64,000 nt of DNA from an uncultured Rhabdochlamydiaceae bacterium (GCA_963712275.1 CAVQHD010000001.1:1504001-1568000), one strand, 5' to 3'. Positions 1 to 8,493 are shown, counted from the stretch's first letter. Numbers and translations are program-made. The notes: generated from the sequence alone by a model not told the origin.

Positions 1-881
1 CGCCGTAAGATTATGATGTTTCCTGCTTTATGTTGTAAATCTTTTCCGTAGCCATTTAATCGTATGAGGATAGGCGGTACTGCAGAGGCGCACGAAGGGG
101 GTTCAATAGAGACATAATACTGAGAGGCTTCCCAGAAGAACTTGCTAGATTGATTACGATGAACCCAGGAAGAATTTTCAAAACAATGGGTCGCATAATT
201 ACAAATGGTTCTTGTACAAGAAGTTAGGTAATCATTCTTAGAAACATAGGAGTGATACGGAGGGATAAAAAATTCAAATTTAGCACGACCGGAGAACTTT
301 TCTGGAAGGGCAATTTCATGAGGTGTGTCGACTGTGATCCAATGCGACCGCAAAAGGTTCGTAAGGGTACAAGCTTGAAGGAAAGCTGTTCCAAGGTGGA
401 CAAGGCGATTAGGACAGAGAAAAGCAAGGGCGAGATTCGATACAAGACGGATGGCAGAAAAGTATTGCGTTATTGTCGCACGCGTGCTCCCCCACTCGAT
501 TTTAAAATCGGCCCTTTGAGAAGAAGAGAAATTTTGCTTGAAGATTTCTGTTAAGTTAATTGTCGGCTTGAAATACCAATTCATCGATTGAGCTGCAAGG
601 ATACTGATTGCAATAACAGTGGCGACTCCCACGAAAGGAGCTTGATACCATTTGATGTCTTGGTTGGACGATTTTTTTGCCCTATGTTCTAACATTTTAT
701 AAAGTGCGTAAGATTCTAAAGCAACGAACCAGATGTCAATAGTAGGAGACGCGTTATACAGCGCGTTATAATAAATCTCGCGTCTTGTCGGTGACGTTGC
801 CTGTAACAACGGAGAGCTTAGTAAAGAGGGCCTTGCTAAGAGATACGCGCGTAACCCGCTTAGGCCTATATACATTGTCAT
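1..881 (-). CDS. Hypothetical protein, 3' end runs off the window
   Basis: Manual translation: ATG at 881 (MTMYIGLSGLRAYLL...) preceded by GAGGA, with no stop down to base 1. Absent from the ORF track because it has no stop in the window. Confidence 0.7.
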   Translation of the reverse strand, partial: MTMYIGLSGLRAYLLARPSLLSSPLLQATSPTRREIYYNALYNASPTIDIWFVALESYALYKMLEHRAKKSSNQDIKWYQAPFVGVATVIAISILAAQSMNWYFKPTINLTEIFKQNFSSSQRADFKIEWGSTRATITQYFSAIRLVSNLALAFLCPNRLVHLGTAFLQACTLTNLLRSHWITVDTPHEIALPEKFSGRAKFEFFIPPYHSYVSKNDYLTSCTRTICNYATHCFENSSWVHRNQSSKFFWEASQYYVSIEPPSCASAVPPILIRLNGYGKDLQHKAGNIIILR

Positions 882-981
882 TCTATAATCCTCTGAAAAA
901 AGAATTGTAAGCTATTGTTTCTTAATTCTCGATCTCAAAAGAGATGGACAAATTAAAATTATCTTTTTATAGAGAGGAGAG

Positions 982-1572
982 ATGTCACTCATTAGCATTG
1001 CAACCTCTCTTTTTTTTGTGCTCAATTCACTTGGAAACGTGCCGTTTTTCGTGGGGATTTTAAGTGGATACCCGATAAGCCGGCAGCGAAGAATTATCAT
1101 ACGCGAGCTCTTGATTGGGCTCTTTATTCTTCTGCTTTTTAATTTTTTTGGAGAAGAGATTTTAGGAGTTTTAGGTATTGACCAATGCGTCATGGGGATT
1201 GCGGGTGGAACCCTTCTATTCTTGATTTCCATGACGATGATTTTTCCAAAGCCTAAAACACTCAAAGTTCCTCAAAAAGAGCCGTTTATTTTTCCGCTTG
1301 CAACCCCTGCCTTTGCAGGACCTGGCGCGATCACTACGGTGATGATCTATTCTCAACAAGTCAGTAACTTAGCATGGATGATGGTGCCGATTTTGATCGC
1401 CTGGGGCTGCTCTGCTGTGGTACTACTTGCCTCATCCAATCTTAAACTCTTTTTAGGGCAAAAAGGGCTTGCGGCTTGCGAAAAGCTTGGAGGGCTAGTG
1501 ATTTCACTCATCGCTGTGCAGATGTTCACAAGCGGCGTTATCCAGCTTATCCAAAGTAACCTGCACGCCTAA
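982..1572 (+). CDS. MarC family integral membrane protein
   Basis: Hydrophobic 196 aa with NSLGNVPFF and PLATPAFAGPGAI motifs typical of MarC; AGGAG RBS. Confidence 0.9.
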   Translation: MSLISIATSLFFVLNSLGNVPFFVGILSGYPISRQRRIIIRELLIGLFILLLFNFFGEEILGVLGIDQCVMGIAGGTLLFLISMTMIFPKPKTLKVPQKEPFIFPLATPAFAGPGAITTVMIYSQQVSNLAWMMVPILIAWGCSAVVLLASSNLKLFLGQKGLAACEKLGGLVISLIAVQMFTSGVIQLIQSNLHA

Positions 1573-2221
1573 GAGAGACATAAGAAGTTGCACCCACAAT
1601 AAGATGGTCTTCAAAATGGATTCCCATCACGCGGCTTGAGCGGATGAGGTGGCGGGTTATCTCAATATCGGCATGGGAAGGGGCAGGATCCCCAGAAGGG
1701 TGGTTGTGAGCCAAAATAATACTGCTGGCTTTATGACGCACCGCAGGGAAAAAGATTTCTCTTGGGTGGACCAAAACTTCAGATAATGTTCCCACTGACA
1801 CTTTTTCAATGGAAATGAGCCGCCCTCGAATATCTTTCAAAACAACTAAAAGGGCTTCTTGCTTTAAGGTTGCAAGCTCATTGCGGACGAGCTCGTACGC
1901 CTCGGAGGTATAGATTGGTTCAGAAAAGACAAACGATTCTTGAGAGGCTCTCTGCGCAAGGCTTAAAGCGGCCTTGAGCTGAACTGCTTTAGCTGGACCA
2001 ATGCCATCGATCTCCATAAGTTCTTCAACGGAGGCATGGATCAGCTCTTTAAGAGACCCAAAACGAGAAAGAAGCTGGGTTGCAAGATCAAAAACAGGTG
2101 TTTTTTGCGTTCCAGTGGAGAGAATAATAGCCAGAAGCTCGACAATGGAGAGCGATTCTGCTCCATGGGAGCGAAGCCTTTCACGGGGCCTTTCTGCTAA
2201 GGGAAGCTGTCTTATATTCAT
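1547..2221 (-). CDS. radC: RadC family (JAB/MPN domain) protein
   Basis: ERPRERL N-terminus, HhH GIGPAKA, VHPREIF, and HNHPSGDPAPSHAD JAMM motif. Confidence 0.95.
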   Translation of the reverse strand: MNIRQLPLAERPRERLRSHGAESLSIVELLAIILSTGTQKTPVFDLATQLLSRFGSLKELIHASVEELMEIDGIGPAKAVQLKAALSLAQRASQESFVFSEPIYTSEAYELVRNELATLKQEALLVVLKDIRGRLISIEKVSVGTLSEVLVHPREIFFPAVRHKASSIILAHNHPSGDPAPSHADIEITRHLIRSSRVMGIHFEDHLIVGATSYVSLRRAGYFG

Positions 2222-2288
2222 CCGGTAACGACAGCGCGGAAACCCAGTCCTTTAGGACTGGGAGGAAGCGCTGCTCCTCTTTTTAAAG

Positions 2289-2317
2289 TTGAAAATAAAA
2301 TAAATTCTAAAGATAAT
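2289..2317 (+). promoter_or_regulatory. Putative sigma70-type promoter for tnpB (probably leaderless)
   Basis: TTGAAA-17 bp-GATAAT, ending 8 bp before ATG 2326; no SD. Confidence 0.45.
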
Positions 2318-2325
2318 TTTTGTCC

Positions 2326-3435
2326 ATGAAGCGAACGATCAGCATCCGATTGGACACAACCCTTGAGCAGGGTGAAAAACTTTTGCAGTTGCAGGAGGCC
2401 TATTTTTCGACCTGCAACCAAATTGCTGCTATTGCTCGAGAAAATCGGTGCTGGAATCGATATGCTCTCCATACCCTCGTCTATTCTAAGGTTCGAAAAA
2501 GCTCGCCTCTGGGATCGCAAATGGTCTGCAATGCCATCTTTTCTGTCTGTAAAGCTTATCAAGCTAAGGGAATTCTTCCGAAGGAAGAAGTTCCTTTGAT
2601 TATCTTTCGCCAAGGAAGAAGCACCCATTTTGATAAACGGACTTATACAATCAAGGGTGAGACCATTTCTCTTTATACACTTGGAAAAAGAATCCAGGTT
2701 AAGATGCGATTTGGCCCCTTTCAAAAAGAGTGCTTTTTGAAAGGCATCCCAAAAGAGGGCGAGCTGATCTGTAAAAAGGGAAAATGGTATTTTAACCTTG
2801 TTTTGGATCTTCCCGATCCACCCCTTGAGGAGAGTAAAGATCTTCTGGGAGTGGATTTGGGGGAGAATAACGTTTTTGCAACCAGCAGTGGAAAGATTTT
2901 TAGCGGAGGCAAGATCCGCCATCAGAGAAATCAATTTCTTGCAAAACGGCGTGTCCTTCAGTCCAACGGTTCTCCATCGGCAAGACAATTGCTGAAGAAA
3001 ATCTCTGGCAAAGAAGGGCGCCGTATGAGACATACCAACCATGAACTCAGTAAAGAGATCGTTCAAGAAGCGATAAACCAAAAGGCAGGAATGATTGTAC
3101 TTGAAGACTTGACTAACATCCGCAAGCGGATCCAAGGAGGAAAAAGACTCCGGACCCGGTTGCACCGGTGGAGCTTTCGTCAGCTCCAGATGTTTATCCA
3201 ATACAAAGCCGAGGCAAGAGGCCTCTCTATCTTGTATGTCAATCCAGCCTATAGTAGTCAAGAATGCTCCGTTTGTGGTTGTTTAGGTGTCCGCTCAAGA
3301 CACCTTTTTACATGTTTGTGTGGAAACCAGCAGCACGCCGACTGGAATGCCAGTCGAAATCTCTGCAGGTTTGCCTTAGGTACCCCTCAGGCAACGTGCG
3401 CCGTAAACCGCACGCAGGTGGCAGTTCTTGCTTAA
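2326..3435 (+). CDS. tnpB: RNA-guided endonuclease TnpB
   Basis: RuvC-I GVDLG, RuvC-II VLEDL, Zn finger CSVC..CLC, RuvC-III HADWNAS; catalytic D-E-D intact. ATG 2326 preferred over TTG 2320. Confidence 0.95.
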   Translation: MKRTISIRLDTTLEQGEKLLQLQEAYFSTCNQIAAIARENRCWNRYALHTLVYSKVRKSSPLGSQMVCNAIFSVCKAYQAKGILPKEEVPLIIFRQGRSTHFDKRTYTIKGETISLYTLGKRIQVKMRFGPFQKECFLKGIPKEGELICKKGKWYFNLVLDLPDPPLEESKDLLGVDLGENNVFATSSGKIFSGGKIRHQRNQFLAKRRVLQSNGSPSARQLLKKISGKEGRRMRHTNHELSKEIVQEAINQKAGMIVLEDLTNIRKRIQGGKRLRTRLHRWSFRQLQMFIQYKAEARGLSILYVNPAYSSQECSVCGCLGVRSRHLFTCLCGNQQHADWNASRNLCRFALGTPQATCAVNRTQVAVLA

Positions 3436-3474
3436 GAGCTGACCATAAAGCTTCTGACTTTAGGTAGGAGTTGT

Positions 3475-4758
3475 TTACACTTGAAATGCCTTGGTTTTAT
3501 GTTCAAGCTGTCCGGAAATTTCAACCTCGAGTAAAATGTCATTTTCTTCATAGAGGCATTCGACTACTTTCCCTTCGTTCATGAGCTCGCTCACAAGGGC
3601 ATAGTGACTTTGGGGGATGCGAAGTTTGACTCTTTTTCGAAGTGACTGAATTTCCTTTTCCATGTGCTCTAAAAGGAGATCGAATCCTTGGTGTGTTAAA
3701 GCAGAGATTTGCACTGTTTTGGGGTACTTGATGCGGAGTTTATGCAAGATTGATGGGCTGAAGCAGGCGTCGACTTTGTTCAAGAGAGTGATGATCGGAC
3801 GGCTTGCTGCTCCCAGCTCTTTTAAAACCAGCATCGCTGCCTCTGCCTGAAGCTCAGCCATGGGATGGCTGCAATCGATGAGGTGGAGCAAAATATCGGT
3901 ATGAAGCGCTTCTTCGAGCGTACTTTTGAAAGCGGCAACAAGGGTGTGGGGAATTTTTCGGATAAACCCTACCGTGTCGACAAGAACAACCTCTTGCCGG
4001 TTGGGCAAAGTGTATTTTCGGGTCGTGGTATCAAGGGTTGCAAAGAGCTTATCTTCCACCAGAACATGCGACTGGGTGAGAGCATTGAGAAGGGTCGATT
4101 TGCCGGCATTTGTATAACCGACAATTGCAAAGGACGGGATAGCTGACCGGAGCCGTTTCTGTCTCTGCGTCTCCCGCTGCTTTTGCACTGCTTGAATCTC
4201 CTCTTGCAGCTGCTGGATACGCTTGCGGAGCATTCTTCGATCGAGCTCAATTTGAAGCTCGCCGGCCCCTCTTAAGTAAGCTCCGGCTCCTCCACCACCA
4301 GCACTTTGACGCGACAAGTGGGTCCAAAGCCGTTTGAGCCTTGGGAGTTGGTATTGGACTTTTGCAAGCTCGACTTGGAGTCTCGCCTCGCGTGTTTGGG
4401 CTCTCTGGGCAAACACTTCGATAATGAGCTCTGTTCGATCGATGACGGGCCTTTGGAAAAATTTTTCGAGGTTTCGTTGCTGATTCGGGGTGATTTCATC
4501 GTCAAAAATAACAATATCAGCCCCTTTTTCTTGAACTTCTATCAGGAGCTCATCTAGCTTTCCCGATCCTAAAAAGGTGGCCCCATCCGGTTTTTTGACA
4601 GAGCAAGGAATCTCTTGAATGGCTGCAAGTCCATATGTATCGCATAGACGTTTGAGTTCTTTTAAATAATCGACACAGGCTTCTTTATCTTTTCCCGACT
4701 CATACGTGCCGATCAGTAAAGCGGTTTTTGCATGCTTAAAACTATTCTCTGTCAGCAT
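3475..4758 (-). CDS. hflX: GTPase HflX
   Basis: GYTNAGKST, DKLFATLD, DTVGF, NKVD GTPase motifs and HflX N-domain. Confidence 0.97.
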   Translation of the reverse strand: MLTENSFKHAKTALLIGTYESGKDKEACVDYLKELKRLCDTYGLAAIQEIPCSVKKPDGATFLGSGKLDELLIEVQEKGADIVIFDDEITPNQQRNLEKFFQRPVIDRTELIIEVFAQRAQTREARLQVELAKVQYQLPRLKRLWTHLSRQSAGGGGAGAYLRGAGELQIELDRRMLRKRIQQLQEEIQAVQKQRETQRQKRLRSAIPSFAIVGYTNAGKSTLLNALTQSHVLVEDKLFATLDTTTRKYTLPNRQEVVLVDTVGFIRKIPHTLVAAFKSTLEEALHTDILLHLIDCSHPMAELQAEAAMLVLKELGAASRPIITLLNKVDACFSPSILHKLRIKYPKTVQISALTHQGFDLLLEHMEKEIQSLRKRVKLRIPQSHYALVSELMNEGKVVECLYEENDILLEVEISGQLEHKTKAFQV

Positions 4759-5537
4759 GAAACTCCAATTTCCAAGCCGTCATAGGCAAGCGCTGCGCCA
4801 AAAGAGGCGAGCTTATGGTTTGTTTCCTCATGGTCTATTTCATGAGAGACATGAGAAAACCAAGTTTTCTTAGCACCCACCTTATTTGCAAAGTCAAGCG
4901 CCTCCTCAATAGTCAAGTGCGCAGGAGATGAACGGTATCTTAACCCGCTGAGGACAAGAACTTCAACTCCTTTCAACCCTTTAAAGAGGTTTGAAGAGTA
5001 GTTTTTAAGATCCGTTACATAGGCAAAGTTGCCCACCCGATACCCCGTGACCTGCATTTGATTTTGCTCATAAGAGACAATATGCCATCTCAAGCCGCAG
5101 AAATCGACCTGACCAAAGTCGTTTTCAATACATTGAAATTCAAATCGAGGCCCTCCCATTACATCGTCGGAAGACTTTTTAAAAAAATAGGGTGTTCTCA
5201 GCTGGATTTCTTTTAAAGTTGAGGAAGAAAGCAGGCATGGAAGCATCTGATGTTTAAGATAGAAGAACACGCGCAGATCATCCAGCCCTCCAATATGGTC
5301 GTAATGGCCATGCGTTAACACGACTGCATCTAACCGCTCAATTCCGTAGGTGAGCGCCTGCTCCCGAAAATCAGGGCCTGCATCAAACAAAATCTGTTTT
5401 CCCCCGATCTTTAGCAGGCCTGCAGGGCGCAGCCGATGGTTCCGCCGGTCTTGCGATTTACAAACCTTGCATTGGCATGTCACCACTGGCGTTCCCATCG
5501 AGGCTCCTGTCCCAAGAAAAAGAAAGACTCCCTGCAT
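4752..5537 (-). CDS. MBL-fold metallohydrolase (PhnP-like)
   Basis: FLGTGAS, CxCxxC, THGHYDHIGGLDD and HVSH motifs; start placed at ATG 5537 (GAGG RBS). Confidence 0.9.
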   Translation of the reverse strand: MQGVFLFLGTGASMGTPVVTCQCKVCKSQDRRNHRLRPAGLLKIGGKQILFDAGPDFREQALTYGIERLDAVVLTHGHYDHIGGLDDLRVFFYLKHQMLPCLLSSSTLKEIQLRTPYFFKKSSDDVMGGPRFEFQCIENDFGQVDFCGLRWHIVSYEQNQMQVTGYRVGNFAYVTDLKNYSSNLFKGLKGVEVLVLSGLRYRSSPAHLTIEEALDFANKVGAKKTWFSHVSHEIDHEETNHKLASFGAALAYDGLEIGVSC

Positions 5538-5701
5538 TAAGACCTCGTCGATCTTGGAGGAAGCACCTGCACTCTTCCCTCCAAGGTTTTTTCTTGAGAA
5601 GAGGGGTGGTTCTTGAAGCAATGGGAGACTTTAGCAATGGGCGATTTGGGCAGTTTTAAAATCTGACGATTTTTAAGGGAAGGCTGTTTCATTAAAAATG
5701 A

Positions 5702-6173
5702 TTATAACCTAAATGTCTTCAGCAAAGCAACCACGTCTCGATCTTCAACCTGAGAAAAAATGTCGTAAGACATTGAAATGCTCCTCAAGTCCTCGACTTC
5801 AAGACAGACCACTTCATCAGCGATGCCTTTTAATAATTGAATCACAGAAGAGGCGCCTACAGGAGTTGCAATGACCACTCGATGGGGGTGCTCTTTCCGA
5901 ACGGCCTTAATGACTGCAAGCATCGTAGCTCCTGTGGCAATTCCATCATCGACTAGAATCGCCGTCTGATTGTGCATGGAAAGCCTTGGCGTATATCTTG
6001 CATAAAGAGCCTCTCTTTCAGCAGCTTTTGCCCGCTCTTTTTCAATCTCGTGCTCAAGATACTCTTTTGAAACTCTAAGCTCTTGTATAAGCGCCTCATT
6101 AAAAAAACCATCCCCCGTTGCCATCACAGCGCCTAAAGCAAGCTCTAGGTCATGAGGAGTTCCCACTTTGCGG
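5702..6173 (-). pseudogene. Phosphoribosyltransferase, C-terminal part, split by IS607
   Basis: RKVGTP...VDDGIATGATM PRPP-binding loop; the N-terminus lies at 8326-8484. Confidence 0.9.
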
Positions 6174-6207
6174 GGTTGGCAGCAGTTGAAGAAAATATAG
6201 ATATTTC

Positions 6208-6236
6208 TTGATAAATCTATACAAAATGTATAGAAT
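6208..6236 (+). promoter_or_regulatory. Putative tnpA promoter overlapped by a palindromic operator
   Basis: TTGATA-17-TAGAAT; TCTATACA-AAA-TGTATAGA palindrome at 6216-6234; same sequence in copy 2. Confidence 0.55.
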
Positions 6237-6244
6237 TCATTCCC

Positions 6245-6704
6245 ATGAAAGTAAACATTGGGACAGCAGCAAAATATTTCGGCGTTTCACAAGAAACACT
6301 TCGCAGATGGGAAAAATCAGGCCAGATTATTGTTGAAAGGACGCCTAAAGGCCATCGTCGTTTTGATCTTTCCAGGCATGCGTCCGCACAGTCTAAGAAA
6401 TTGAATTCAAAGAAACATACTCTCGGCTATGCACGAGTCTCCAGCCATGATCAGAAAGATGATCTAATCAGGCAAACCCAAGTCATAGAAAACTTCTGTA
6501 CAGCTAATAGATGGATTCATGAGGTCGTTCAAGATCTTGGTTCAGGCCTCAATTTTCAGAAACGAGGTTTAAAGAAGTTGATGCAAAGCATCTGTTCTGA
6601 GAAAATCGATCATCGCCGTATTTTCTGCAAGGCTTTATGGAGCCAGATCCAGAAAGAACCAAAAACTTTTACAAGCTTTAAAACAAGCGACTGAAAATGT
6701 CTGA
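6245..6704 (+). pseudogene. tnpA: IS607 serine transposase TnpA, frameshifted by a 152-bp deletion
   Basis: MerR-like HTH and YARVSS present, but the RLVLTHKDRLLRFG...DLVQDVLEI segment seen in copy 2 is missing; frame shifts after EKID and stops at 6694. Confidence 0.9.
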
Positions 6705-8271
6705 TACTGCTCCCAGAACTTATCAAACCCGTATTCTCGATGGCTTCGACAAGCCATTATCTGCCTATGCATTGCTTATGAGCCATGTTGAGCGCTGTTT
6801 ATTTGCAGACATTGCAGCCGGTAAGATTGCTGGAGATCTCAAATCATTTTACCTCACCCATTTTCGTATCACTGCCCGCCAATTCAATGCAGCCCGTGTC
6901 CAGCTCGAAGGTAAAATCGACTCTATTCTCCGATTGCAATCCCAGCGCATTGAAACTAAAAAGCACCAAATTGCAGCTCTTGAAGAGACCCTTGCCCGTC
7001 TTAAAAATAAAAAGATTCTCCATCAAAAAAAGCGGCGCCTTGCCAAACTCAAAGATCAGCTCAAAAAACTCGAAACAGCTCAAAAAAATAAAGATATTTC
7101 TCTTTGCTTTGGCGGGAAAAAACTGTTTCGAGCTCAATTTGATTTAGAAGCTAATGGCTATGCAACGCATGAAGACTGGAAAAACGGTTGGAGACAAACC
7201 AGGAATTCTGAAATTTTCATCCTTGGATCTAAAGATGAAACTTCCGGCAATCAAAGCTGTACGGCTTTGATTGGACAAGGTGATTCCATTCATTTACGTG
7301 TAAGGCTGCCCGATGCATTGGCTTTTCAATTCGGCAAATATCTCCAAATCCCCAACATCCGCTTTGCCTATGGCCATGATGTGATTGTAGCAGCCATTCG
7401 CGACTGTTATCTAAGGCAACAGCTTCTCAATGATCCTGCTTATAAAAATCATGGCCAAGCGATCACCTTCCGTTTTAAAAAAGATGCCAAAGGGTGGCGT
7501 ATTTTCGCTAGTATAGGCATCCAGATTTCTCAACCTACGACTCTTAAAGAAAATGGCGTCGTTGCCGTTGATATTAATCGTGATCATCTAGCGGTTGTAG
7601 AAACCGATCGATTCGGGAATACCCTTCATACATTCAATATCCCTCTTCCCCTTCATCATACCTCTAAAGGCCAGGCCCAAGCTCTCATTGGCAATGCCTC
7701 GGCCCAAATCATTGCCCTTTGTGAAAAGACACAAAAACCCCTCGTCCTTGAAAACCTCGACTTTAAGAAAAAGAAAGCCCAACTTAGAGAAAAAGATCCC
7801 TCCTATTCTCGCATGCTCTCTGCTTTTGCCTACGCATCAATCATCACTCATCTTAAAAGCCGAGGGGCCTCAAAAAGAGTCGCCGTTTATAGCGTCAACC
7901 CTGCTTTTACTTCGCTCATCGGGCGAGTCAAGTTTGCAAAGCGTTATGGCTTAACAATTCATATGGCGGCCGCACTTTGCATTGGCCGCAGATTTTTAGG
8001 AGTTTCTGAAAGAATGCCCCAAGGCCAAAGGGAGATTCCCGACGGAAAAGGGGGCCATGTCACCCTTGATCTACCTGCAAGGAATCGATCTCGGCATGTA
8101 TGGCGCCAATGGGGGCAGCTCAATAAGAAACTTTCAGCGGCGCTTACAGCGCATTTTCGGGCGGTACATACCGATCCTAGAGTCCCCCAAACGACTCCTG
8201 TGACAGCAATGCTCTCGAATCTTGCCGGCGAGACTCTGGCACGCGAATCGTCAACTCGACTGCTCTGTTGA
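6697..8271 (+). CDS. tnpB: IS607-associated TnpB-related protein, 524 aa
   Basis: RuvC-I VAVDIN, RuvC-II LVLENL, VNPAFTS; no Zn finger; TIHMAAA at the RuvC-III position. Confidence 0.85.
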   Translation: MSDTAPRTYQTRILDGFDKPLSAYALLMSHVERCLFADIAAGKIAGDLKSFYLTHFRITARQFNAARVQLEGKIDSILRLQSQRIETKKHQIAALEETLARLKNKKILHQKKRRLAKLKDQLKKLETAQKNKDISLCFGGKKLFRAQFDLEANGYATHEDWKNGWRQTRNSEIFILGSKDETSGNQSCTALIGQGDSIHLRVRLPDALAFQFGKYLQIPNIRFAYGHDVIVAAIRDCYLRQQLLNDPAYKNHGQAITFRFKKDAKGWRIFASIGIQISQPTTLKENGVVAVDINRDHLAVVETDRFGNTLHTFNIPLPLHHTSKGQAQALIGNASAQIIALCEKTQKPLVLENLDFKKKKAQLREKDPSYSRMLSAFAYASIITHLKSRGASKRVAVYSVNPAFTSLIGRVKFAKRYGLTIHMAAALCIGRRFLGVSERMPQGQREIPDGKGGHVTLDLPARNRSRHVWRQWGQLNKKLSAALTAHFRAVHTDPRVPQTTPVTAMLSNLAGETLARESSTRLLC

Positions 8272-8325
8272 CGTGTCCGGCTTGTCTATGCGTTTGTATA
8301 GATTTGCCTAGATTTTTTTGAGCGG

Positions 8326-8484
8326 TACTGCAACATTGAGCGGGATGGAAAGCGCTTTTGCCACCTCTGCCGCAACTACTACCCCGCCCCTAGCAAGCCC
8401 CAAGACCACACAGTTCTTCTGGCGCTCGTAATGGAGAAGTGCGCCGGCTAGTTTTTTGCCTGCTTCTTGCCGATCTTTAAACAT
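8326..8484 (-). pseudogene. Phosphoribosyltransferase, N-terminal part
   Basis: Manual translation MFKDRQEAGKKLAGALLHYERQKNCVVLGLARGGVVVAAEVAKALSIPLNVAV; joins in frame to P-RKVGTP across the IS. Confidence 0.9.
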
Positions 8485-8493
8485 ATATAAAAT

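Larger units (their letters stand above)
2222..3478 (+). mobile_element. tnpB-only IS200/IS605-family element, 1257 bp
   Basis: Left-end hairpin CCCAGTCC-TTTA-GGACTGGG near 2243-2262; right end ...CTTCTGACTTTAGGTAGGAGTTGTTTAC; no tnpA and no TSD; removing 2222-3478 restores an hflX-stop/radC-start ATGA overlap. Confidence 0.85.
6174..8325 (+). mobile_element. IS607-family element, copy 1 (2152 bp, tnpA internally deleted)
   Basis: Ends GGTTGGCAGC...TTTGAGCGG shared with copy 2; GG at both junctions; interrupts the PRT gene. Confidence 0.93.

Noticed and set aside
224..554. Track ORFs 224..445 and 252..554
   Set aside because: Both lie within a longer open minus-strand frame (881 to the window edge) that has an RBS.
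2222..3478. IStron (group I intron fused to an IS)
   Set aside because: Only about 100 bp precede tnpB, too little for a ribozyme core, and the element is antisense to the host operon.
8336..8343. TTGAGCGG just outside IS607 copy 1 repeating the element's right end
   Set aside because: It is PRT coding sequence and is absent from the copy 2 flank, so it is probably chance rather than a duplication.
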